A stretch of DNA of 63,876 nucleotides, filler included, from Welwitschia mirabilis (lineage: Eukaryota): assembly GCA_051453625.1 (NCBI GenBank). It is 8 parts of one record of this genome, joined end to end, with 100 filler letters (N's around TTAATTAATTAA, not from the genome) between each part and the next. Parts side by side here need not be neighbours in the genome. Positions count along the whole stretch, not along the records: positions 48,833 to 58,779 come from JBOZIK010000001.1; positions 58,880 to 62,170 come from JBOZIK010000001.1; positions 62,271 to 63,876 come from JBOZIK010000001.1; 5 more parts are not named here. The stretch is one strand, 5' to 3'. The notes under the pieces are model-generated. The model ran no database searches, was not told the origin of the DNA, and saw only the letters and a list, made by a program, of their open reading frames with translations. Both the position numbers and the translations under genes were made by a program. Shown here piece by piece: positions 52,541-63,876 of the stretch. Position 1 is the first letter of the stretch; every line of letters starts with the position of its first letter.

Positions 52541-55500
52541 ATCCTAAATAATTACAAACCTAAAGCACATCACATGAGATAAAGAGAAAATCACTAAAAT
52601 GTATCTTGTGAAAGCTCCAAATAACCCTAGAGATTGGTTTTTTGTAAAAATCATGAAAATATGTCTTATTCCCCCAAGAGAATAAATACATCCTATATTG
52701 GCTAATCATGTAAAGCAAAAGTATGAAATATGAGAAAAATGGAAAAGTGTAAAATAGGTGGATCTCATAGAAGCTCAAAAATGAAACTGCTCAAATCAAA
52801 AATCTAATCTAGTATAAGCATAGAGGTCATTTCACTAATCCATTTACGTATAAGGATCACTATGTTTTAGCTTACAGTTTCTTAGAAAATGAGTTTCAAA
52901 GATAAAAAAAACTACTTTTACCTTATAAAATAAACAAATTCAGGTATCTCACAAAATACTTAATGAAAATTAGATACGTAAGTACCAAATCGAAGAGCAT
53001 AAAAAATTGATTGATATATGTGAAAATTAGACTCCAAAAGGCTGAAAAATGAAATAAAAAATTAAAACTAATAAGGAGAAGAAAAAACATACCTTATTAT
53101 AATAAATCTAATGAAACCTCATGATCTAGGGTGTGAAATTTATAAGTACAAGATCCAAAATGTTGGTAGGCCTTAATATGACACATGGATTATGAAAAAC
53201 CAGAGAGAAATAATGTAAGAATGAAGAAAATTGATGGGAAAAAAGGTCAATCCATGGTTTTATCGCACTATTATCTAGTCACATCATCTGGATGATAGCC
53301 CTANNNNNNNNNNNNNNNNNNNNNNNNNNNNNNNNNNNNNNNNNNNNNNNNNNNNNNNNNNNNNNNNNNNNNNNNNNNNNNNNNNNNNNNNNNNNNNNNN
53401 NNNCTAAAATCAAAAATCTAATCTGGTATAAGCATAGAGCTCATTGCACTAATCAATTTATGTATAAGGATCACTATGTTTTGGCTTATGGTTTCTTAGA
53501 AAATGAGTTTCAATAATAAAAACCTAATTTTACCTTATAAAATAAAAAAAATCAGGTATCTTACAAAATACTTAATAAAAATTAGATACATAAGTACCAA
53601 ATCGAATAGCATAAAAAATTGAATGATATATGTGAAAACTAGACTCTAAAAGTCTAAAAAAAGAAAAAATTAAAAGTAATAAGGAGAAGAAAAACATACC
53701 TTATTATAAAAAATCTAATAAAACCTCATGATCTAGGATGTGAAATTTATGGGTACAAGATTCAAAATGTTGGTAGGCCTTAATATAATACATGGATTAT
53801 GAAAAAATAGAGAGAAATAATGTAAGAATGAAGAAAAATGATGGGAAAAAAGGTCAATCCATGGTTTTATTACACTGTTACCTAGTCACATCATCTAGAT
53901 GATAGTCTTAGGATGACTATAAAAAAATCTCAGGCTGTCATCTACCTAGTCATCCAGATGACTAGGTGGATAATAAAACTTTAAAAAGTTTTATAAAAAT
54001 GAAAATGTTTGCCTAAAAATTTATGCTTAGATACTAGAATGAAAACAGCATAAGTTATTAGAAAATAAAAAAAATAAGGAATGATGAAAAATCATGATAA
54101 ATATTAGTTNNNNNNNNNNNNNNNNNNNNNNNNNNNNNNNNNNNNNNNNNNNNNNNNNNNNNNNNNNNNNNNNNNNNNGGAAAAAAAACTAAACAAATTG
54201 CCTAAACTAAAAATATGAGCATGAAAAATATGTATAACTTCAAAATACTACAAAGGAAAATTATAAAAATTGTAAAGAACATCACCTAATTAATATGATA
54301 AAAGAATTTTAACTTTATTTGATAAAACAACATAACCAAGAAATGAAAATAATAAGAAGAAAACTATTGAATGATAAGGTCAAAAAAATGATGATAAAAA
54401 AGTATAGAAATGACTTTACTATAACAAAGTAATTAACCAAATAGATAGAATAAAAATGATTAACTAGGAATATTANNNNNNNNNNNNNNNNNNNNNNNNN
54501 NNNNNNNNNNNNNNNNNNNNNNNNNNNNNNNNNNNNNNNNNNNNNNNNNNNNNNNNNNNNNNNNNNNNNNNNNNNTCAAAAAAATGATGATAAAAAAAGT
54601 ATAGAAATGACTTTAAAATAAAAAAGTAATTAACCAAATAGATAGAATAAAAATGAATAACTAGGAATATTAATAAGATAGCATACCTACCCCCTCGAAA
54701 GATATTATAAAGCCACCTAAGTAAAGATGCATAATAAGATGTACCAAATTCATAAAGTTCCACTTGAAAAGGTAGTGATTATGATGACATTAAAGATCAA
54801 TTACTCTAAATAATGAATGATAATACCAAAATCTACTCAGAAATGAACTCTTCTGCTCATACCTAAAAACACATCTAAATCCTCAAAAGTGAAATGATCA
54901 TATGATTATATTAAGAGTCTAGAAAATAAGCAATGCCTCTGATGATACTAATAATACCACTAATCCCATAATCTTAAAGTTTTATTACTAAGTTCCATGA
55001 TAAGGGGAGTACCACCATAGTCATAAAAGTGAGAATCCATGAAGCATAAACAACCCACATCCTAGTGGACTTTCTATAGATACCAATACTACCAAAGATT
55101 CCTTTTAGAAATATTTACATTGTGGTGATAATGTATTTATCATAGATATAATAGATCATGATCATTATTCTTTTTTTTAAATGAATAAGTCCCACATGAT
55201 CACATACTCTAAAAGATAAAGGTAAAGAAATGAGATGAAAGATTAAAAAAAAAAAATAGCTAAACAACCAAAGACCTCACACTATTGTAAAAATTACAAT
55301 AACTAAGGCAACTTTATTTAAAATAAGTTAATAGAAATGTAAATTTCTTAAGATTAATTAAATCCAATCTTATCATTATAAAATATCAAAGTACAAATAC
55401 TAGTCATGAAAACTTCATAAAGCAAACACATAAGTCAAGTTAAAGATGATTAACTGATATCATAACATTTACCAAAGGAATTAGCTAAGAGAGAATTTAG

Positions 55501-55569
55501 ATAATGGTAGGAAGGAAGTCCTCCTTATCAAGTGAAATCTCCAATATGATTTCTTATATTATTTTCAAG

Positions 55570-58500
55570 GTTTAATTAAAGGATTTTTGATATATTTTTA
55601 AACTTTGTCCATTAACTTTCTAAATCTCCTCTGTGTCTCAATCAAAAATATCAACTAATCCATTAGAATGTACTTTCTCTATAAGATAAGAAGCTAATCA
55701 TTTAGAGGTCAACTTATTGAATAAAATATGCACTCTAGTATTATGTAAAAGAACATGTTGACCAGGTTTAAACTTTTTATAAAGTAACTTTTTATCATGT
55801 TTGAACCTAGCTTGGGCTTTATAAATGAGTTAACAATGTATGATATGAGTACATTTTTTATCTAAGTAACTAAGTTGAGCTAATCTATTTCTATCATTTT
55901 CTTGAAGGCCTACAAGATTGGCTTAATAGAAAAAAAGATAAGAATTATAACACACATTAACTAATTAAAAAAAACATTTTGTACGCAAGTTCATGAGGTG
56001 AAAAACCAAGAGAATCATGAAAAGTAGTATGGTAAGCCTAAAGAACATCATTAAGCTTAGATTTCTGATTTTTTTTATTAATGAAGATAATTTTTTAAAG
56101 CATTTTCTTTATTTCTCTCTTTTCATGTTTAGTTTAACCATTAATTTATGGATGATAATCATAAGTTTCTCTATGTTTAATTATAATGGACAAAACAAGT
56201 TTCCTAAAAAAATGATTTATTAAATGAGTTACTTTATTATTAATGATAATTGTAAAAAAATAAAAACATTAAAAATATCAGTTTTAATAAAATTATAAAC
56301 AATTTAGGTATCATTTGTAAAAGTAGGAATAGATTCAGCTCATTTAGTAACATAATCAACANNNNNNNNNNNNNNATCCTTATCATTAGAATGTGGTTTA
56401 ATGGGGCATATAAAATCAATTCCCCAATAATAAAAAGGTTTACATTTAATAGTATGTTTAAGAAGCATATCATAAGAACAAACAAGGCTATCATAACATT
56501 GACAAGTATCACACCTTGTAGATAAATCAAGAGAGCCCTCAAAAAGACTAGGCTAATAAAAACTAGAGTGAAGAATTTTCATTACTATCTTTTATTTACT
56601 AAAATTACCTTGACAATTAACACTATAATAAAAAAGAAGATGTCTAANNNNNNNNNNNNNNNNNNNNNNNNNNNNNNNNNNNNNNNNNNNNNNNNNNNNN
56701 NNNNNNNNNNNNNNNNNNNNNNNNNNNNNNNNNNNNNNNNNNNNNNNNNNNNNNNNNNNNNNNNNNNNNNNNNNNNNNNNNNNNNNNNNNNNNNNNNNNN
56801 NNNNNNNNNNNNNNNNNNNNNNNNNNNNNNNNNNNNNNNNNNNNNNNNNNNNNNNNNNNNNNNNNNNNNNNNNNNNNNNNNNNNNNNNNNNNNNNNNNNN
56901 NNNNNNNNNNNNNNNNNNNNNNNNNNNNNNNNNNNNNNNNNNNNNNNNNNNNNNNNNNNNNNNNNNNNNNNNNNNNNNTTCTTTATTTCTCTCTTTTCAT
57001 ATTTAGTTTTACCATTAATTTGTGGATGATAATCATAAGTTGCTCTATGTTTAATTATAATGGACAAAAGAAGTTACCTAAAAAAATTATTTATAAAATG
57101 AGTTACTTAATTACTAATGATAAGTCTAGTAAAATAAAAACATTAAAAATATGTGTTTTAATAAAGTTATAAACAATTCAGGTATCATTTGTAAAAGTAG
57201 GAATAGCTTCAACTCATTTAGTAACATAATCAACAAATACTAAAATATAATCCTTATCATTAGAAGGTGGTCTAATGGGGCATATAAAATCAATTCCCAA
57301 ATAATAAAAAGGTTTACATTTAATAGTAGGTTTAAGAATAATATCATAAAAATAAACAAGGCTACCATAACATTAACAAGCATCACACCTTTTAGATAAA
57401 TCAAAAGAGCCCTAAAAAAAACTAGACCAATAAAAACTAGAGTGAATAATTTTCATTGCTATCTTTTATCCACTAAAATGACCTTCATAAATACCACTAT
57501 AATAAAAATGAAGGATGTCTAATTTTTTCCATTTAGGCATGCATTTTCTCATGATTGGGTCTTTGCACCTATGGTAAAGATGTGGTTTTATTTATTTATA
57601 ATCATCTATCCTAAAGAAAAAATATTTTCTTTAATTATGACTTGAATGTTGTATTGTTTTCATGATAATAAGCTAATTAATTATATCAGCACACCAAGAA
57701 GGAAAATAAATATAAGATATGATAAAAAATTATTCATTCAAAAAGGAATAGTTAATCATAAGATCATCAAGAGAAGAAGAAAGATGTTATAAATGATCTA
57801 CTATACTATTAATGATGGTAATATTAAATTATTGCATAAGAAGGATCCATCTAATGAGTCTAGCATTAAAATATTTCTTAGTCATAAGGTATTTATTAGC
57901 TACATAGTCAGTATAAACATTCATATGAAATTCTAAAAGATAGTGTCTAAGATCATCAAGGTAAAAAATTATGGCTAATATTTATTTCTCAATAATAGTG
58001 TAATTTAATTAAGCTTTACATAAAGTTTTGTTATAATAAATTTAAAATAATTTTCATATTTTTATCCAAAAACCCTATCCATGGCAATATTACTAGTATC
58101 ACATATTAATTTAAAATCTTTATTCTAATCAGGTTCCATTACTATAGATGTGGAAGATATTTTGTCTCTTTATGTTTCAAAAGTAAGAAGAAAGATGACA
58201 AGATTTATTTCATTAAAATTTAGATTTTTTCTCAAGTAAAAAGTAAAGGATTTAACAATTTTAATATAATTCTAGATAAAATAATGGTAAAAACCATAAT
58301 AACTAGGAAAATATCAAACTTATTTTACATTTGTTGGAGAAGTTAGGTTTTTAATGGTACTTATGTTTCCAAGGTCTAACTTAATTCCCTTTTGAGAAAT
58401 GTAGTCACCTAAGATAATTACATTATCAACAAGAAAGAAACTTTTCTTCCAAATCAAATGTAGGCCATTCTTAATGCATCTATCAAGGACGTTCTCTAAC

Positions 58501-58760
58501 CTTTCTAAGATTTATTCAAATTTTTCATCAAAGATTAATAAGTCATTCATAAAAATTTTAATTAAATCTTTCAACATAGTAGAAAATATACCCATCATTG
58601 CACATTGAAAATTTTTAGGGGTATGCATTACAAAAGTATAAAAGACATGCACCTAAAAGTAAATATTTAAAAAGGTAACTTGAAATTTGTTTTTACTTAA
58701 TTCTTACTAGCTATACAAACCTAATTATAATTATTATACCCATTAATAAAGTAATAAAAG
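55570..58760 (-). pseudogene. Athila pol relic (RT, RNase H, integrase)
   Basis: FQCAMMGIFSTMLKDLIKIFMNDL..LENVLDRC..WKK; FKLICDTSNIA; VYTDYVANKYL..RLIRWILLMQ; GIDFICP; YHPQINGK..KREIK; FKPGQHVLLHN; KVNGQSLKIY. Confidence 0.92.
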
Positions 58761-60240
58761 ACATGTCATTATATTATATNNNNNNNNNNNNNNNNNNNNN
58801 NNNNNNNNNNNNNNNNNNNNNNNTTAATTAATTAANNNNNNNNNNNNNNNNNNNNNNNNNNNNNNNNNNNNNNNNNNNNAAATTAAGGCATATTTATGAT
58901 GAGATTAAAAATGAAGAATATTTTAAATTAGAAGAAGATAAGAAAGATTTATTATTCATCCATCATAATAACCTCTTTGATAAGAAGAATGATGCAAACA
59001 TTAAAAACATGAATTGGACTTGTACAAATTCAAAGAATACTACAATTGATGTTGGTACTTGTTTATCTATGATACCTTTTTATAATGAGCATAATTTATT
59101 CTATTAATGAGATGCACTATGTCTTAATATAATCATGTTTATTTCATTAATCTATTTGCCTTATAAGTTTAAAGGTAGTGCTTTGTTTAATAGCACTATA
59201 AAGTTGATTTTGGGTACTATTAAGGCACTCAATTGTATTGTATTATAATCTAAAAAATTATGATAGATAATTCCTCAATAATACATATAAAATGCATCTA
59301 TTCTAGTAATTTACTTAATGAGACTTTGAAATCTGATTAAAAGTTGTTAATGAAAGAAATATTTAAACCTCACTCCTTAAATAATCCTTTGAGGAGTTAC
59401 ATTAGTTAACTAATAATATTATTAAGTTATTTGAAAGGTTGAAAAATAATTACTTTATAATCTTTATCTAAAGTTCATATAAGATCTTAAGTAATACCCC
59501 TTTCCTAGAATTCTAATCATGATAGTAAAATGGAACAAACATTTGTTGATGAATTTCTATATTTCATTTTTAATCTTTGATAAAATTTAATGAATGTCTT
59601 GTAACTTTTAAAACAATCATTCTTTGGAAATTAATAGAGGTATGGATTTCATATTTAAACTTTCTCATACATTTTAAATCAACATGATTTTAATATTTAT
59701 TAATAATGTGATATATTTCACATTTTCTAAGGATTGATAAGAAAGGAAAAAAACAAACAATGGGAGACATAAAACCTTGTAATAGTAAATGATTTATTTA
59801 TAAGAATATAGTTTTTTAACCATGTTTCACATGTGCAAGTATTAAGATCAAGTTTTTTAAAGGAAGATAATTCACTCATAAATTGTTCTTTCTCTATAAG
59901 GATTGATATTGCTAATGATGCTCCACCTCAAGAATAATTAATATCTGATGGCATCTTAGACAAGAATAGATATTCAAATTTTATTACTTTATTATTTATT
60001 TTATTTTTAATATTATTAATTTACTAAGTAATTTCTTACAAAATAAAGTAAAAGCTCCAACTTTAAAAAAAGATGCAAAACAAAATGCCTAGATCTAAAA
60101 AGACTTGAGAATCATGAGAAAATATTTTTAAGATGGAATAAATAATATTACATAGTTGGTCCATATAAAAAACCATTATCATGATACATGGAGAAACTAA
60201 TGAGGGATAATAAAAGAATATCATAAGTTCATAAATATTA

Positions 60241-62091
60241 TATTGCAGAGCTATACTTAGGCATTTTAAAAATGGTCTAGGAAAGATGGTTAAGGTAAAT
60301 TAGTATTCATTAATTGCTTCATACATGAACTTAATTATATTAATTATATTCATATGTAATATGTGTAAAGCATATAGCAAAATCTAAAGTGTCTTAAGAG
60401 AGTAAGTACTTCATATCATAAAATATGAGTAGAAGATGGTATAAATGTAAAAGCTAGATAGCATGGAACTTTTATGATTCTTATGATTATGATGTAAACT
60501 ATTTAAAAATAGAAGAGTGAGAACACATGAGGAAGATTTCCCAAAATCAATTTTTATTTTCACAAAAATATTCTTCATTATTGGTACATTGAAGAGCTTA
60601 CTTGTAAAAGCAAGCACATCACTAGGATTTTACTAGATTTTCACATATCCCTAAAGGTAAAACCATGATGTGCATATAAATCTTAGTTGTTTTTCTATTA
60701 ATATGATAATCCAATCTCTTCCAAAGAAAAACTAGAGTACCCTATGAAAAATCATAGGAATGTGGCCTACAATAAAACTTTCTTAAAGGAGTTGCCATGT
60801 GAGGAAACTATTTTGTTAAAAAATGTAGATACTTTAGTACTACACATCCTATAGCAGATAGGACTTATTACATGCATTATGCATTGCATAATTCTAGACT
60901 AGAAAATATACTACACATCCCATAGTACTAGACTATGATTAAATTACACGTTTCATAGTCTTAGAATCAAGAGTAACTTTAAATAATAACTAAAAAATCA
61001 AGTTAAGCTCATAGTATATAAGAAAAAATGATTTTAAATTAATTCATTATTAATCTAATTTTGGATTGAAGGTGCCAGAACTTCTCATGATCAAGTATCT
61101 TTGTTTAAGTATTAGTTATTTATTCCTCCACCCTATATAAGTTCCTTAATTTTATAGATTAAATTACATATATCATTTTCTATAAGTGCATAGTATTTTT
61201 CTTTTATAACTTGGACTTATTGATTGTGTATAAAAATTTATTTCAAAGAATTTGGTTTATTATCAAAGATTAAGTGAACCTTATCATCATCCTCATCATG
61301 AATTACTAGTATCAATTTTAATAAATGTTGCCCTCATGATCTATATCATAAATGAAGCTGTCATAGAATTATAAACAACATAAACCATAAGGGAGATGCA
61401 CATAATAAAAGATATAAAAAGAAAACTAGAGTTTTGATTATATTTAAATCAATGTCTATGTTATAAAGCATTAATATCTCAATGAAGGATACATAGCCCA
61501 ACACTAAGGAAGATGTCTCTTTGCAATAACAAGGATGGATCTCCTACCCTTCAATCTCTTGTTATAAGAATTTCTAATGTCAAAGAAGATAAAGTTGGAG
61601 TTGAGGATGAATGAGGTATTTATTACAAATAAGACTCTAAAAATGGCAGTTGTAAAATCATAATAGCTACACAAGAAGGCACAGACACATAGTAAAAGTT
61701 TGATGAAGTTTGATGAATAGTTATTTTTAGGTATCATCTTGATTATCATCTAGACGTCACAAGAGATGATGTCACATTATAGAGGATCTAATTAGTTGCT
61801 AGTNNNNNNNNNNNNNNATTATTCATACTATCATCCAGTTAATAAGGTGGATGATGGGCTTAATAAAGATGTTTCTTATGCCAGATTAACCTCTTTGATT
61901 ATGGAATTTCTGATTTAGATAGAAGGTATTACAGTTTACTATAAGTCTTATTAAATGTAATGAAGAATGTATTGTTTTGTGATATTTTCCTTATCTCTTC
62001 ATTATCATTAAAACTCATTATAAAAATGTCTAATATATTATAAAAACACTTAAAATACCTTGTCAAACACATATGATTTGGCAGTGCAACA
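60241..62091 (-). repeat. Second copy of the Athila 3' LTR (~1.85 kb), with PPT at 62092-62105
   Basis: Minus strand starts TGTTGCACTG after aagtagagggcta and ends ctctgcaata. 60687-62170 aligns with 48833-50360. Confidence 0.75.
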
Positions 62092-62489
62092 TAGCCCTCT
62101 ACTTAATCTTATCAATCCCTAATAAAATTAGGCAGACAACCACAATTGTGACCTAAATTAACTAAAGATANNNNNNNNNNNNNNNNNNNNNNNNNNNNNN
62201 NNNNNNNNNNNNNNTTAATTAATTAANNNNNNNNNNNNNNNNNNNNNNNNNNNNNNNNNNNNNNNNNNNNCATTTTTACTATTCTTAGTTTATGATGACG
62301 TGATGACAATGTGAATGTAAAAGACTCGACAAATTATTATAAAAACCCACTAGAGGGCCCTTCTTCTAGCGCCAAACTATTTATGAGATTTTTTTATCTT
62401 CCATAAATAGTGGATTAGTTCTAATATTACTTAATGATAGGTGACTTTGGTGGTTTGACGACGATTAAGATGAGTTTAAGCTAACCTAA

Positions 62490-62720
62490 TGACTTGACCT
62501 GGTTTGACTAAAGTTGACTAAATTTGACTATGTTTAACTTTGTTTGACTAACTTTGACTATTATTTTAACCATTTGACTAAGTTTGAATGTTATGTTTTG
62601 ACTGAGTTTAACTGTGCTTTGATAGTTTAACTAAGTTTGACTGATTTTGAACTCAATTTGACTGAGTATGGTTGACTTTGACCATTATGGTTTGATTTAA
62701 TTTGACTAAGATTGACTATT
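62490..62720 (+). repeat. Array of (T)TTGAC(T/C) motifs
   Basis: About 14 TTGACY copies in ~230 bp, all on the + strand. Confidence 0.85.
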
Positions 62721-63876
62721 TTGGTCTAATGTCGTAATATTTTATGCAATTTTAGCCTAAACAGTTTACCTATGACGAAAATTTAAATGCATAAAATAAA
62801 AAACACGAGTTCTAATCTAATAAAACACTTTTTTTTCAGANNNNNNNNNNNNNNNNNNNNNNNNNNNNNNNNNNNNNNNNNNNNNNNNNNNNNNNNNNNN
62901 NNNNNNNNNNNNNNNNNNNNNNNNNNNNNNNNNNNNNNNNNNNNNNNNNNNNNNNNNNNNNNNNNNNNNNNNNNNNNNNNNNNNNNNNNNNNNNNNNNNN
63001 NNNNNNNNNNNNNNNNNNNNNNNNNNNNNNNNNNNNNNNNNNNNNNNNNNNNNNNNNNNNNNNNNNNNNNNNNNNNNNNNNNNNNNNNNNNNNNNNNNNN
63101 NNNNNNNNNNNNNNNNNNNNNNNNNNNNNNNNNNNNNNNNNNNNNNNNNNNNNNNNNNNNNNNNNNNNNNNNNNNNNNNNNNNNNNNNNNNNNNNNNNNN
63201 NNNNNNNNNNNNNNNNNNNNNNNNNNNNNNNNNNNNNNNNNNNNNNNNNNNNNNNNNNNNNNNNNNNNNNNNNNNNNNNNNNNNNNNNNNNNNNNNNNNN
63301 NNNNNNNNNNNNNNNNNNNNNNNNNNNNNNNNNNNNNNNNNNNNNNNNNNNNNNNNNNNNNNNNNNNNNNNCTAGTGCTGCCTCCTACCACCACCCCTTG
63401 GCCACCCTGTCTAGAGGCGCAATCCACTGCTACAGTGTCTAGGGGCACGCAGTGCTGTTACAGGTAGGGTCAAGGTTTCTATTTTAAGTATGCCAAAGTA
63501 TATATCCCAATAAAATAGCAGTTGATAGGCAGGTTATGGTTATTAACTCGACAATGACTTTTAGTTTCCATCTCTTCGTTTCCATGTTGTAGAAGTAAAA
63601 GATTAATTAATAAAGCTTTACTTGATAGGAGTTGAACTATAGACCTCTTTTTATTTATCATTTTGATTTAACTACCTTTACTAATTACTAACTTGTGAAT
63701 TACTTAGGTTAACATTTAACTAATGGCACTTCTCGTGAGATACCAGCTTTCTTCACTAATTTAAATTATTTATACATATTATGATGGCCTTAAGACAACC
63801 CACATTAATATATAGCTAGGATTTCACATTGTCTATTAGTCTTACAAACCTAAGTTACTTATGATTGCATGGGAGG

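Larger units (their letters stand above)
48833..58779 (-). mobile_element. Athila element from RT to 3' LTR, both ends cut by contig linkers
   Basis: pol 55570-58760, long 3' region with an extra ORF, PPT aagcagagggcta, then an LTR starting TGTTGCAC at 50278 on the minus strand. Confidence 0.85.

Noticed and set aside
19690..62226. TTAATTAATTAA repeated seven times as a possible biological motif or CRISPR-like repeat
   Set aside because: It is always centred in a 100-bp N gap, so it is an artificial six-frame-stop scaffold linker.
20347..63467. Long ORFs in the supplied track (e.g. 20347-21426, 50443-51453, 62783-63448)
   Set aside because: They are open only because N-runs translate to X.

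Overview
This is an AT-rich, gap-riddled draft assembly of plant nuclear DNA made almost entirely of old, nested LTR-retrotransposon relics. I find no intact host gene, RNA gene, CRISPR array or prokaryotic system, and most listed ORFs are artefacts of N-runs. From left to right: (1) the 3' end of an Athila-type Gypsy element (extra ORF, PPT, LTR; 1-3369) inserted into a SIRE/Sirevirus-type Copia element (pol, env-like ORF, 3' LTR; 3370-~10720); (2) a heavily decayed minus-strand element with ~480-bp LTRs and a tRNA-Met PBS (11632-16360); (3) several more Athila pieces (protease, LTRs, tRNA-Asp PBS, gag; ~19.7-33.2 kb); (4) a minus-strand chromovirus-type gag-pol relic (35085-38217) cut by a Tekay-like LTR; (5) a minisatellite and a possible Tat/Retand-type extra ORF (38.4-42.3 kb); (6) another Athila gag, then a Tekay-like LTR ending in a triplicated PBS (46173-48705); (7) a minus-strand Athila from RT to 3' LTR (48833-58779), plus a second copy of that LTR with its PPT (60241-62170). 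All coding relics carry many stops typical of C>T/G>A decay. Seven N44-TTAATTAATTAA-N44 spacers are artificial contig joins, and about a dozen gaps are flanked by duplicated, often diverged, sequence. The oddest real features are an ~80-bp G-quadruplex-like insert inside an RNase H, a 59-bp-period triple LTR-end/PBS, an Athila copy with an apparent antisense 3' ORF, and palindromic or W-box motif arrays. I do not see a convincing new biological system. Family assignments come from motifs recognised by eye, not from database searches.
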